A stretch of DNA of 63,059 nucleotides, filler included, from Octopus bimaculoides (GCF_001194135.2; 7 parts of 7 records of this genome joined end to end with filler, not necessarily neighbours in it); one strand, 5' to 3'. Shown: positions 37,600-51,589, counted from the first letter of the whole stretch. Program-made: numbers and translations. The notes: generated by a model from the letters alone, not told the origin.

Positions 37600-38150
37600 T
37601 TACCTTGTAAAAGTAGGGATGTAAAGTGTTACGGTAAAACTCAAGCTGTCTTTGACAACTGTGCGAAAACTGCAACTATGCAATGCCACCCAATTGCGTC
37701 AACAGAAAGAATCAGAGCGTGATAAAAGCAGTAGAAGTGAAAAAGTTCGCTTTGAAGTGAATGACGTGATAGGAGTGATGCATTGTGGAATATGCAGAAT
37801 GGACTATCACGAACTTGGAACAAGTGGATATTGCTTCGGAAAAATAAAAGAATGAGTGAGATTTCAGCCTAAAAATAGTGTGTCGTGGGAGAGAGCTGAA
37901 CAAAGGAAGCTAACGTGGAAGATGTTATCGAAAATGGAGCCAGCCAGTCGGCGATTCCTTCTGAAAGCAATGTTTAACACGGAAACTTTCCAGGCAATAT
38001 TTGGCAATGGGTTGGAATGATCCTGTTTATTATTATCAGTGCTGAGGCATACGACTTTGGAGCAGGTTCTAGCAGTATACAAATCATCACTTGTAGAGTT
38101 ACCCTGCAGCATATCCAAGTGCCGATCCACTAACACAACATTGCAGAAAT
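37600..38150 (+). mobile_element. Second, older HERO-like LINE fragment (region upstream of the zinc knuckle)
   Basis: QPKNSVSWERAEQRKLTWKMLSKMEPASRRFLLKAMFN...TTLEQVLAVYKSSL resembles QGAW..WE...QRKLTW.D.W.MEP..I.FL..SVYD...TLEHIL..C..AL. EVNDVIGVMHCG resembles H.DIVG.V..G. Confidence 0.65.
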
Positions 38151-38832
38151 CTATGCATTGAGAAGAAATTCAAAATTGCACTAGGTTCTTCCAAAAAGAG
38201 ATCGGGAAAGGACAAACAGGAATCTGGGCAAAAGAAAAGCAATACTAAGAATTCTACACCGTATTACAGACTAGAAGAGGCAAGGGAGTTTGATGAAAGC
38301 GTATTCCCAAACTATATTACAATATCTATGTAACGATTTGCTATTATGTCTTGCTCTGACATGAAAACAATTTCACTCGTTTTCTGAGGAAGGGCCTAAA
38401 TTACGAAAGACCAAAGGAATTGTGTATAACATGAGAAGAGTAATGTACGTAACTTGCATTAAAAGCAGAACTTTGTGATTTTTCCACTACAACCATTAAG
38501 TTCTACCTACAAAAGTGTATATCTGTGTGCGTGCGTGTGTTTGCCTATGTTTATAAACAATATGAGGCAATGAAGCAATAAAACCCAAATATATATTCTT
38601 TTCTATTCTAGGCTCAAGGCCCGAAATTTTTGAGGAGGAGCCCAGTCAATTAAGTCGACCCCAAAAGGATGAAAGATAAAGTCACCCTCGGCGGTATTAC
38701 CCAAATATATATTAAAATGCATGTTTATAAAAAATTTAAATAAACACATGAATAATCTTTGGCAATATAAGATTTTAGGATGATCGACTTTACATTTGGT
38801 ATAATATATATATATACTTGACTCTAAAATCA

Positions 38833-39420
38833 CCTGGTGCTGTATGAATACTTGATGTGGTTTTAGAGTCAAGTTTTAACTGCTATCTCTAGCATGGTGG
38901 TATATTTTAGTTACCCTTAATTATAATTTTAATAATAATAATTACCTATAAGGTTTTTAATCACAAGCTGGCCACTTCATATGATCGGTATTTTAAATAA
39001 CGATCTTATCTTTATTTATATAAATTTATATATTTACTTTGTCATTATATTCACTGCGGTGGTATTTTGACCACATAGCACGTGGAGTTTAGACAGGCAA
39101 TGAAACCGGTCGTCTATACGTACATATATATGTGTGTATACGTGCGCATATGTAAGTATTCGTGTATTGTATATATATATATTTGTAATTATGTACTATC
39201 TGTGTACATCCCACTGATGAGACAGAGTATATTTTTATGCAAAGCCAGAAACCTAGATCTGGGATTATCCAATAATTTTTTGCTAGTTCGTTTGTCTCCT
39301 TGTCTTTTCTCCTGGTGCTGTATGAATACTTGAAGTGGTTTTAAAGTCAAATTTTGACTGCTATCTCTAGCATGGTGGTATCTTTTAGATACCCTTAATT
39401 ATAATTTTAATAATAATTAT
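38833..39420 (+). repeat. Direct duplication of ~110 bp (38833-38943 and 39311-39420)
   Basis: Both copies read cctggtgctgtatgaatacttga.gtggtttta.agtcaa.tttt.actgctatctctagcatggtggtat.ttttag.tacccttaattataattttaataataa, with about 7 substitutions. Confidence 0.9.
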
Positions 39421-40699
39421 TATCGTGGTGACCTGACATGACACTACCCACGAATTCACTATCACATTTCTTTTTGTTTATTGGAGAAGAAATAGTGTTG
39501 CTACAATTGCATAGATATCTCAGTTCATAACTATTATTCATTGCGTTTATGCTTTCTTCGGTTAACTTTTGATAATAAACTTACAAGATTTACGGTCTCA
39601 CTAAAATTAACTTTTACTGTGTGAGCGATAGAAATGCTTAAATAGTAACCCTAGAAAACGTTTTACCATATTAAAATAACATATAAACTTTAGTAGCATT
39701 TTAATCAGAAAATTTTGCAAATGTTTTATTTAAATGCTCGCTATTGGAGCATTCATATACAATGTTATGTTTCAAGCCACTCACAGCCAAGAATTATTAT
39801 AAAATATTTTTTATTTTTATTTCCTGTACTTTATATATATTTATTTAGCTATTTCTCGCCATGCTTGCTTTTTCTCTACTAATCTTGCTTTATAAAGAAA
39901 GTATTTCGTATACTAGACATCACTTGTGTGATCTACAGCACTCACAAACCTCAGACAGTAACCTGAGTACTACAATACATAATTAATCAGTAATTTATAT
40001 CATTGCTTCTCCTCCTGTTCATAAATTCAAAAGCACACACCTTATACACGCTTATGCCATGTGTGTGTGTACACATGTTTACACACACACGCATAATGTA
40101 CATATGTATGCATCAATGTATATGCACACATACGCACGCACGAAAATGCTGGTGTTTATTTTCTATTTGATGGTTTAGTCAGACCAACTGTTTGTATTTT
40201 CATTATTCTGTGCACTAAGCTAAACTTTCACTCAGATCTAAGCTTTACAAAGAATAGCCGGAAGATCTTCCTGTGTGAAATATGTTCTGGCTTCAATAAT
40301 ATTAAACTGTGTTATAGCCTCCTAGGCAGATCGCTGCCAGTGATATTTATTAAATCTTTATACCTTTGAAGTATATGATAACAAATACAATGTTTTTCAT
40401 AAAGTAACGACATTACAACTTGACTTGTCTCTTAACAATTTGCAATTAGCACATAAAGTATTGGGGCCAACAAGTAAAACTCGACTCAACCACTTGTCCT
40501 CCTAGAAACAACACTAGGGTGTCTCAAAATAAGACTGATAGTTTAAGCAATGTAGTCCTAGATATATATAAAAGGTGGTGGAGATGATAGTGGCAGGTTA
40601 TCTAGATCAGAATTGCTTTTCGATTAAACCACAGTAGCAACAAAATTTAACCGTCAAAATTTGTACGAATAATATTTTTTTTTACATGAACACACAGAA

Positions 40700-41052
40700 T
40701 ACGCTCTCAATGCTGCCACTGAGTCCAACATGCAGCATAGCGTTGACTTGTTCTCTGGTACCTGCAACAACTTTGGCCTCACTATCAATACAAAAAAGAC
40801 TGAGGTAATGTATCAGCCAGCTCCAACCAAGCCATACGTTGAACCCAACATCATCATCAACGGGCAGCGACTGAACGCGGTGGACAAGTTCACCTACCTT
40901 GGCAGCACACTCTCTAGAAATGTTGTCGTTGATGACGAAATCAACGCCAGACTCGCCAAGGCAAGCGCTGCCTTCGGCAGGCTACGCAAGACTGTCTGGA
41001 ACAGGAGGGGGATCACCATCATGACAAAGATCAAGGTGTACCAGGCTGTTTA
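40700..41052 (+). mobile_element. RTE-BovB-type LINE RT fragment with an open frame
   Basis: ALNAATESNMQHSVDLFSGTCNNFGLTINTKKTEVMYQPAP...VDKFTYLGSTLSRNVVVDDEINARLAKASAAFGRLRKTVWNRRGITIMTKIKVYQAV. Confidence 0.93.
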
Positions 41053-41371
41053 CCCTTTATATATACACACATCATATATTTATAGATTATATTATATATA
41101 CTGTATTGTATTGTATTGTATTATATTGCAAAGCTTACCATTTTATTCGGAAGAGAGCAATAATTTATAACATATGCATCAAGGTATACATCGTATAGTT
41201 ATATCCTAAGGATGAAATATATTGGTGGACTTACTTAAAAATAATGCTGGTCACATTATATTCGAGGTCACATTATTGTTAAGGAAGTGTGTACACACAG
41301 TGTTTATGTATTTCGTTTTTCGTTCCTGTTTCAGTTACAAACGTACAAAAATAATTAAATATGCGCGTCTT

Positions 41372-41432
<61 letters not shown>

Positions 41433-41809
41433 TATAGAATACATATATGTATATTTGAGGGGAATGAAAGAAGAGGAAAGATGGGGGAACTGTGTGCAGA
41501 GTCCGATTTCAATCTAAAGACTAAGTCTGAAGACGCCATAGTCCTGTGATAAATATAAATCTTTGGAAAACTTAGACAAAATTCAGAAATATTCTTTCAT
41601 TCTTTCAATCAGTCAGATATGATAATAGAATGAAGCAATAGCCATACTGCCGTCACAGCAAAATCAGTAAGATAAATAACCGAAAATATATTATAGGACA
41701 CGGAGAAAAATATTATTCGCAACAAGAACAGGTAAAAAACACAATAGTGATACGAATATGAAATTCAAAATAATCGAAATAGTAATAATGATAATAACAA
41801 ATGTTTCAA

Positions 41810-42016
41810 ATTTTACCACAAGGGCAGCAATGTTTGGGAGAGGGGATAAGACGATTACATCGACTCAAGTGTTCAACTGGCACTTATCTTCTCGACCCTG
41901 AAAAGATGAAAGCCAAAGTCGACCTCGGTGGAATTTGAACGCAAAACGTAAAGACGGACGAAATCTCTTTAAGCATTTTGCTCGGAGTGCTAACGGCTCT
42001 ACTAGCTCGCCGCCCT
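41810..42016 (-). mobile_element. Family-A SINE
   Basis: Reverse complement begins agggcggcgagctagtagagccgttagcactccgagcaaaatgcttaaag. Confidence 0.8.
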
Positions 42017-42038
42017 AAATTAAATAATAATAATAATA

Positions 42039-42103
<65 letters not shown>

Positions 42104-42113
42104 AATAATAATA

Positions 42114-42359
42114 AGCTCAGATACCAGGAAACCCCAAAATGGCTGAAGTTCAAAAGATAATGCTCATGGGAACTGCCCATATCCTACGTAAAATACTGTC
42201 TATGTGATCTTCAATTTTAAAACATTCTCTAGAACAACACTGTACAAATTCAAATATATGGTACCCTAGGCATAATACCTACATGAACTTCTAACTTGTC
42301 TCTTGAGGTCTCTGGGTGAGACTTGGATCCAACTNNNNNNNNNNAAAAGTCAAACATAA

Positions 42360-42434
<75 letters not shown>
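42114..42434 (+). mobile_element. R4/Dong-type LINE extreme 3' end plus UTR, between (GAT/AAT)n and (AAT)n tracts
   Basis: AQIPGNPKMAEVQKIMLMGTAHILRKILSM*, then UTR, then (AAT)~25. Confidence 0.85.
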
Positions 42435-42436
<2 letters not shown>

Positions 42437-43450
42437 GTGGAGATAGACAAGACACAATAAATCATATTATGTCTGGCTGCCCAATCCTGGCTACGAAGGA
42501 ATATATTCACAGACACGACAGAGTATTTGGTAAAGAGAAAACATAACCTGCTACAGTATGCTATTAACGCAAGAAGATTTACCAACAATGGACTTGGGAG
42601 TGCTAATGAATTCAGATCACTAATAGCCAACGAGAGAGAAGAAACAACACTCTACATGGAATTACATGATCTGTTCCACTGCGAAAGTAATAAATTCCCA
42701 GTCAATATTAGATTATGGATTGGAATAACATCATGAATGTGGTTCAGCAAATCTGACCTTTTAAAGAGCACTGAAATTCTGATCATCGCTGCCCATGACC
42801 AGGCATTGTATAACAATTCAGTGAAAAGGGATACATACCACACAAGTGCAACGAACGTCTGCAGAAGCAAATCTTTAGCGTTTTTCGAAAGACTTACGCA
42901 GAAAGCGTACAAGCAGAGACACAGCAAGGTAACCCTTAACCTTCACTGACTACTGTGCCGGATGTATGGATATGAGGTAACGGGTATTTGGTACCAACTA
43001 TACACTGGAAAAGGTAATGTACGAAAACGGGAAAGTAAAGATACTCTGGACCTTTGATTTCCAGACAAAGTGTTAATGCACCTAAGGCTGGATAAAGTAG
43101 CTTTTAAGGAGGACAAGCAAACGTACCTAACAAAGTGTTAATGCACCTAAGGCTGGAGAAAGTAGCTTTTAAGGGGGACAAGTAAGCATACCTAACAATT
43201 GATCAGCATATTATCATGAAAGAAAGAAAAAAAGGTCGACAATTATGGAGTCTTGAAAATTGAGATTGCCAAGATGTGACATCTGCGAGCGTCAAACATA
43301 AACATTGTTTCTGCTGTCATCGGAGTATTGGATTCAATACCGCCTAACCCGAAGAAACATCTGGACACTTTAGAAATACCCAACAATCTTGTGTTACAAG
43401 ATTCGGCTTTACTTGGAACTGCATGCATACTGCGTAAAGTACTGTCAACA
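42435..43450 (+). mobile_element. Further R4/Dong-type LINE fragments (zinc knuckle and RLE), decayed
   Basis: GDRQDTINHIMSGCPILATKEYIHRHDRV, WFSKSDLLKSTEILIIAAHDQAL, AYKQRHSKV, ENGKVKILW, and VLQDSALLGTACILRKVLS. Confidence 0.82.
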
Positions 43451-43644
43451 GCCTGTATTGTTTGTTTTTTTTTCTTTTAGCCGGTAGAGCCCTGCAGTAA
43501 CACACTCAGAAGCATGAATGCCCGAGTGCTCTGAATGGCCGAGAAGCTGATCGTATTTATTTCATGTCCATGAGACTTTAAGTAACACCTTTTACACAAT
43601 ATATAACGATATCTGTGTATGTCTATCAATCTAGCTAGCTAGCT

Positions 43645-43932
43645 GGCTTTGGGTTCACTACCACGGCATGGCACCTTAGGTAAATATCTACAATAGCTCC
43701 GGGCCGACCAAAACCATGTGTGTATGTATGAATGTATGTACGTATTTATGTGTGTATGTATGTATTTATAAGTGTGTGTGTGTGTCTGTGTATTTGTGTC
43801 TCCACAACCAACTCGCCCTGCACGTGACAATCGGTGTTGGTTTGTTTGCGAACCCGACACTTAGTTATTTGGCAAAAGAGACTGATAATTTAAGAACCTT
43901 GTGCTGAAAATAAGTACCGGGGTCGATTCTTT
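43645..43932 (+). mobile_element. Diverged family-B SINE
   Basis: gggttcactaccacggcatggcaccttaggtaaatatctacaatagctccgggccgacc, TG tract, and 3' part. Confidence 0.7.
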
Positions 43933-43981
43933 CCTGTTATAACTATAACATGAAAGAAACATATACTTACATACAGATATA

Positions 43982-44532
43982 CAGGGTGTCCCAAAAAGAT
44001 GTACTCACTCTTTGACAGACGATTACTAATGTACTGTTTTTTGTGATGTACGGGTTTATCTCGATGCAACAAATCCAAACAAATGTATTGGGAGGAGAGG
44101 TAGCGTTGAATTTCCTGCTCGTTTCCCAGACCTCACACCAATGGATTTTTTATTTTTTTATGGGGACATCTCAAAGATAAGGTTTACGCTGCAAAACTAG
44201 TGACAACTGATGATTTGAAAAATGAAATTCGAATACAATGTCTTGCAATTCCAAAGGAAATGTTTGGCAATGTTGTCGAATCATTGTCGGATGTCATCAG
44301 CTTTGTTTGGAAAATGAAGGAAGGCGGTTTGAACAGTTGCGAACACGCAAGAATGAGAGAGAACATTAAATACTTCTAAATGACAATAAATAATGGTTTT
44401 TACAACAATTTATTTTCTTAAATTTAATTTAACTTTTTAGGATTGTATGTATATCAATAAACATCTACTTGAACAAAAAATGCATGAGTACTGGGAAGTA
44501 AAAGAGTGAGTACATCTTTTTGGGACACCCTG
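43982..44532 (+). mobile_element. Internally deleted Tc1/mariner element (Tc3/maT-like) with perfect TIRs
   Basis: 32-bp perfect TIR CAGGGTGTCCCAAAAAGATGTACTCACTCTTT with TA on both sides. The interior reads IGRRGSVEFPARFPDLTPMDF/FLWGHLKDKVYAAKLVTTDDLKNEIR. Confidence 0.93.
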
Positions 44533-44729
44533 TATATACACATTTTCACATATGAATATATATATANNNNNNNNNNNNNNNNNNNNNNNNNNNNNNNNNN
44601 NNNNNNNNNNNNNNNNNNNNNNNNNNNNNNNNNNNNNNNNATATTATATTATGTTATATTATATTATATTATAATATATCATATTTTATTATATTATATT
44701 ATATTATGTTATATTATATTATATTATAA

Positions 44730-45505
44730 TATATTATATTATAAAAGTCAATGTCTGTGTGTTCGTGTATTCGTGTTTTACTTATAGACTCGAAAAGAAC
44801 TGGACCGATCTAATTTTCAGGGGGGCATAAAGAGAGGCAGAACCCCCTGTGAAAATTCATATGCTTCGGATTTTAGAAATAAATTTTAAAATATACCCAA
44901 AATTTCAATTTCTTTCGATGATTCTAAGACCCCCTAATAGGGGCTTAAACCCCAAATTTTAGTCATTTTTTATGATCCAAAACGGTCAAAAGTATTGAAT
45001 GTATCTTTATGAAATTTGGAGATTATATTCTATGCATAAGGGCGGATGAAATTCAGTATATGTTTGAAAGCTTTGCTCTCTTTTACAAACACTCATATAT
45101 TTTCGATTTCAAAGAAATTTGAACAATAGATGTAAGACACAAGTTCAAAAGGATTCCCAACAATTCAACTTCTCTGGTTGACTTTAAGAACCCCCTAATA
45201 GTGGCCTTAACTCTCACATTTTAGAGTCCCGTGTGTTCCATTTTTCAGGAGCCAATATTTTTGAATGGGTTTTATAAGATTTGGATTTTGGAATCCGGAC
45301 ATAAAGATTAGTATGGGATAAATATGTAATGATTAGAATTTTTGTTAGGGGGTGAAGAGAGAGAAAGAATCACCATTAAAATTCTTGATCTCCAATTTTG
45401 ATGAAATACGAATCATAGGTATTCCAGGTCATTAGAGAAAATATAAAAGAAAAGTCTAATTCTTCAAGTCCATGTGACACGGGCAACGCCGGGTATCTCT
45501 GCTAG
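44730..45505 (+). mobile_element. Non-autonomous Helitron-like element
   Basis: 3' end gggcaacgccgggtatctctgCTAG|T, with a short GGC-AAC-GCC hairpin about 12 nt before CTAG. The 5' end is AT-rich (ataaaagtcaatgtctgtgtg). No TIRs or TSD. Confidence 0.72.
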
Positions 45506-45782
45506 TATATAATATATATATATATACACAAATATACATACATATATATATATAAGTATATCATATGCCTGCGCGAGTACATGGGAGTGATATTATACTC
45601 ACACATACACACACACATACATGCACACACATACACATACACAAACACACACACATACATGCATACACATACACATACAGAAACACACACACACACACTC
45701 ATATACGCACATGTACATATATTCAAATATATACGTGTGTGTGCATGTGTGCGTGTGTTTTTAGAGACAGAGAGACAGTGAG

Positions 45783-45829
<47 letters not shown>

Positions 45830-46826
45830 GGGTGTGTATGTGTGTTATACTCTGACGTGAGTGCGCTCGTGCGTGCATTGTATGTATACTTGAGTCAGTC
45901 TTTTATTAATTCCGCCCAGCGTTAATTTATTCATGGACTTTTTCCCCGTTATTTTGCTGAGTATTTTGTAAGCCATCATAGGAAGCATTTTGCATCACAG
46001 TATTGGCGTGATGAAATACAATTTCTGTTTTAAAGTGTGCAATACAGGGAAGTAGCTATGATAATCACGCTGATTATCTCGAAGAAATGAAGCAAGGAAG
46101 AAAATGGGTGGAGATGGAAGAGGTGAGGACGCGGAGGATGGGGGGGAGGTCATGAAACGTAGGCAGAAGAGGTGGTGGTGGTGGTGATGGTGGATAAAGA
46201 AACCGACAACGCCAGTACTTTGACATGGGTGGGTGCTAAGATTTAGTCAATATATCTAAAGTATATTCGATGGTTTCTGAAATATAAGAAAAAGAAAAAA
46301 AAAATATTACAGTTTAAGTCTAAAGAATTTTCCATGTAGATAACTGTGAAAGGAAATATAATCTTCTCCTTTTATGATAACATTGTGTCGCTTTAGAGTT
46401 AATTAATGGATATATTTGCTGGATTATAAATATGAGAGAAAACTTTATTAAGAATCCATTACTTTCATCTCATTAACTAAAGTGCAACGCACAAAGTAAG
46501 ACTGTTTCGCTTGGGCTTTTTAAAAATAAGTTACTTTGTATTCTTCATTATTCTCCGTTATCTGTTTACATGCATAAACTTCATTGATTAGATTTCGTCC
46601 GTCTACAATTAATATTTATGGGTTTTTTTCTCCTATAAGTCATCCGTTAGTTGTCCATCGGTCTGTGTGAATGAGATCACCTTTCTCTGCCGTAACCCTT
46701 TCTTAATTATAAACCCTTCTTACAACAGTTGGTAAATTCTGGAATCTGAAACTATCCCTCTGCCCCATCACTATGTATATGCATATATATATAGAGAGAG
46801 GGATTGTATATACATAAATACATGCA

Positions 46827-46883
<57 letters not shown>

Positions 46884-46978
46884 ATGTAGTTATAATAAAA
46901 ATAATTTTGTCTTAATCTGGTGCGTTACCTTATACTTTTGTAGAGTACAAATTTAATATTCTTATACAAGAGTAATAC

Positions 46979-47025
<47 letters not shown>

Positions 47026-47677
47026 TGTGTGTGTATGAATGTATATTTGTATATATGCATGTATATTGTATTATCCCCAATGCAAATACATCTCTAGTGA
47101 CTCTGCAGCTATTTCTACAAAAACTAATTTTATACATCATACTAACCCACTTTTGGACAATAGCATAGAGTTCTTTGCGTTTTGCGTTAACATAAATTTC
47201 TGTCAGCCTGATGCTGAGCTTTACAATTACAGCACACCCAGCGTTATGTCTGTACCCATATGTTTTGTTTAATGACCCTAATATAAAATCAATATCTAAC
47301 ATCCATTTGTGAACCACCTTATTGAATAAAACTTATATGAAAAATAAAATGTTTTGCATTAATTTCAATAAATCCATTTTCCTGTATTTTCACAAATCTC
47401 GTAAAAAAAATAATTTAACTTCAATAACTCTTTTATCATATAATCTTTATCCGTCTCAATATTTTATAAGTTCTCTATTTTTTGCGTTTAGGTTTCTTCT
47501 TTTTTTTTCTTTTTTTTCTTTTTTTCTTCTTCTAAAACTGGGGAAAAATAAAGGTTATAGAATCAAAACAAAAGATAATTGAATTTGTCTCCCGAAACGG
47601 TATTCAGTTTTTCTTGGGCGGTCAAATCCTACTGTGTGATTTATCTTCTGTTTCCACTTTTCATTTTGTATCACACG

Positions 47678-47722
<45 letters not shown>

Positions 47723-48937
47723 NNNNNNNNNNNNNNNNNNNNNNNNNNNNNNNNNNNNNNNNNNNNTTAATTAATTAANNNNNNNNNNNNNNNNNNNNNN
47801 NNNNNNNNNNNNNNNNNNNNNNTATATATATATATATGTCCATGCATTTATATCGTAATATGAAAAACATATTTTATCTACATAAGCGTATATGTGTGTG
47901 CGTGTGCGTGCATAAATGCGTGTATAAAGGTGTGTATGTGTGTGCATGTAGAAATATATCTATATATGTACATACATGTATATAATGTATATTTATGATA
48001 TTTATGTACAGAGAGGTATGAATAAATATATATATATATATATATATATACAAACATACATACATACACATATANNNNNNNNNNNNNNNNNNNNNNNNNN
48101 NNNNNNNNNNNNNNNNNNNNNNNNNNNNNNNNNNNNNNNNNNNNNNNNNNNNNNNNNNNNNNNNNNNNNNNNNNNNNNNNNNNNNNNNNNNNNNNNNNNN
48201 NNNNNNNNNNNNNNNNNNNNNNNNNNNNNNNNNNNNNNNNNNNNNNNNNNNNNNNNNNNNNNNNNNNNNNNNNNNNNNNNNNNNNNNNNNNNNNNNNNNN
48301 NNNNNNNNNNNNNNNNNNNNNNNNNNNNNNNNNNNNNNNNNNNNNNNNNNNNNNNNNNNNNNNNNNNNNNNNNNNNNNNNNNNNNNNNNNNNNNNNNNNN
48401 NNNNNNNNNNNNNNNNNNNNNNNNNNNNNNNNNNNNNNNNNNNNNNNNNNNNNNNNNNNNNNNNNNNNNNNNNNNNNNNNNNNNNNNNNNNNNNNNNNNN
48501 NNNNNNNNNNNNNNNNNNNNNNNNNNNNNNNNNNNNNNNNNNNNNNNNNNNNNNNNNNNNNNNNNNNNNNNNNNNNNNNNNNNNNNNNNNNNNNNNNNNN
48601 NNNNNNNNNNNNNNNNNNNNNNNNNNNNNNNNNNNNNNNNNNNNNNNNNNNNNNNNNNNNNNNNNNNNNNNNNNNNNNNNNNNNNNNNNNNNNNNNNNNN
48701 NNNNNNNNNNNNNNNNNNNNNNNNNNNNNNNNNNNNNNNNNNNNNNNNNNNNNNNNNNNNNNNNNNNNNNNNNNNNNNNNNNNNNNNNNNNNNNNNNNNN
48801 NNNNNNNNNNNNNNNNNNNNNNNNNNNNNNNNNNNNNNNNNNNNNNNNNNNNNNNNNNNNNNNNNNNNNNNNNNNNNNNNNNNNNNNNNNNNNNNNNNNN
48901 NNNNNNNNNNNNNNNNNNNNNNNNNNNNNNNNNNNNN

Positions 48938-48971
<34 letters not shown>

Positions 48972-49829
48972 TATATAGTGAGAGAGAGAGAGAGAGATAG
49001 ATAAATAGGTAGGTAGGTAGGTAAGTAGGTAAGTAGGTACATACATACATAGATGTGGATAATTATGTATATGTGTGTGTGTGTTTATAAAAATATATAT
49101 TATATATGTAAATATGTATATTATTTATATAAATGTATAAATATATAAATATATACTTATATAGATATATATAGATGTTTACATATACATAAGAATATAT
49201 AAAAATGGATTTCGTATGTGTGTGCTTCTGTGTTTTGTGTATGTGTGTGTACTTCCAAGCATTTAGCGTCCGTATAGGCAAAAACACATATACATGAATA
49301 TCTATATATCATGAAATTATGTGGTGGATATCCGTATATACGTAGATATCAAAAGTTTTACGTTGTAAAGCATGTATATATGTACGATGGGCACGCATAG
49401 ATATATGTATATGAGTATCTGTGTGTTTGTATGCGCTTGTGTGCTTGTGAGCGTATGGGTGTGTGTGTAAATATATATATACACAAATATATATAAATGT
49501 ATATGTAAGTAGGTCTGCGTGTATTCATGTGTGTGTTTGTTGGTGTGTGCGTGTAAATATTTATAGACGAATATGTATGTGTATGTATTACATATATATG
49601 TGTGCGTGACCGTGTGTGTGTGTGTGTGTACGTGTGTGTTTATTCACATGGCTTGACGATCGGTTGCTTTTAATGTCAATAATTGTATATATCAACTCAT
49701 CAAACGGGGAAAATCCACGAAACTATGGTATGGAGTTGAGTCATATTTTGCATATCAATTTCACGGCAACAGATTTTGGCAAAATAGTTACGAGCCTCTT
49801 TCCAATGCAGCACATATTGTTTCAGTGAC

Positions 49830-50060
49830 ACAGTCTATGCTTCATACGACATCAACACAGATTTGTGACCACGGCCACCTTCTTCCATGCGTGGGAAGTA
49901 CAGCCTGATGAAGTTTCCTGTAACACTAAGCAACTTACAAGTTCGAACAACAATCTCATTGAGTTCTTGTCGTGACCAGTTCAGAAGGCCAAGCGTAGGC
50001 GTGAGGACAGGTACTGCAAAGGGGCTGCAGGCAATATATGGAGATAGCTTGTTCGTTATC
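49830..50060 (-). mobile_element. R4/Dong-type LINE fragment (post-RT region)
   Basis: FAVPVLTPTLGLLNWSRQELNEIVVRTCKLLSVTGNFIRLYFPRMEEGGRGHKSV matches AVPVL.Y..G...W...EL..LD..TRKLL...RLY.PR.EGGRGL. Confidence 0.82.
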
Positions 50061-50970
50061 TTTCTTGATGAGGAGCTTTTTAATCAGATATATCGAAATA
50101 ATAAGTGACGGTGCCATCGAGCGTTCTTGATTCGGCATTTGATTAGGTTTCGGTTTACATTCCATTAGTTCTAATTTGCTACACGTTGGCGTTCGTTCAC
50201 GAAGTTCCTCTCTTTTGCAATGCTTCATACATATTGTTCAATCACTTTACTATTTAATGATATATATATATATATATATATATANNNNNNNNNNNNNNNN
50301 NNNNNNNNNNNNNNNNNNNNNNNNNNNNNNNNNNNNNNNNNNNNNNNNNNNNNNNNNNNNNNNNNNNNNNNNNNNNNNNNNNNNNNNNNNNNNNNNNNNN
50401 NNNNNNNNNNNNNNNNNNNNNNNNNNNNNNNNNNNNNNNNNNNNNNNNNNNNNNNNNNNNNNNNNNNNNNNNNNNNNNNNNNNNNNNNNNNNNNNNNNNN
50501 NNNNNNNNNNNNNNNNNNNNNNNNNNNNNNNNNNNNNNNNNNNNNNNNNNNNNNNNNNNNNNNNNNNNNNNNNNNNNNNNNNNNNNNNNNNNNNNNNNNN
50601 NNNNNNNNNNNNNNNNNNNNNNNNNNNNNNNNNNNNNNNNNNNNNNNNNNNNNNNNNNNNNNNNNNNNNNNNNNNNNNNNNNNNNNNNNNNNNNNCGTGC
50701 GTGCGTGCGTGATTGCGTGTGCGCGTGCGAGTATTGTGGACATGAACTCGAGCTAATGTCAAGATGAATAGCAAGTGATAGTGTGACGTAAGGTAGAGCG
50801 AGTGATATGATTGGCCAAACCCCGCAGGCGGCAATACATCAAAGACACAACTTTAAACAACCAATCATTATGAGAGATTAACTTTTGTTTAAAGATAGCT
50901 AATAAGACACAAAATGGCGGAATAAATACGTGTGTTGCGTGTGTGTAAGTGTGCGCGTGCGCGCGCGCGC

Positions 50971-51014
<44 letters not shown>

Positions 51015-51096
51015 ATAATTATATGTATGGATGTATGTATGTATATACATGTTAGTGTGTAGGTACGTGAGACTATATATATATGTACACATACAA

Positions 51097-51131
<35 letters not shown>

Positions 51132-51195
51132 CGTGAGTGTATATAAATATACAAGCTTCTATATGTATGTACGCGTGTATGTATGTATATCAGTA

Positions 51196-51241
<46 letters not shown>

Positions 51242-51300
51242 CAGAGAGACAGAAAGAGATAGAGAGTGAGACAGACAGAGAGACAGACAGACAGACTGAC

Positions 51301-51375
<75 letters not shown>

Positions 51376-51589
51376 GACACACAGACAGACAGACAGGCAG
51401 ATAGATAGTTAGATGTCAAAGTCTCGTCTGTGTTTTGATGGGGTATAATAGATNNNNNNNNNNNNNNNNNNNNNNNNNNNNNNNNNNNNNNNNNNNNTTA
51501 ATTAATTAANNNNNNNNNNNNNNNNNNNNNNNNNNNNNNNNNNNNNNNNNNNNTATATATATATGCACACATATACTCGCATATGTATA

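Noticed and set aside
47136-47278. Minus-strand segment with AG/GT borders and an open frame SLNKTYGYRHNAGCAVIVKLSIRLTEIYVNAKRKELYAIVQKW
   Set aside because: No resemblance to carboxylesterases, the entry phase does not match the phase-0 donor at 59545, and the splice sites are modest.
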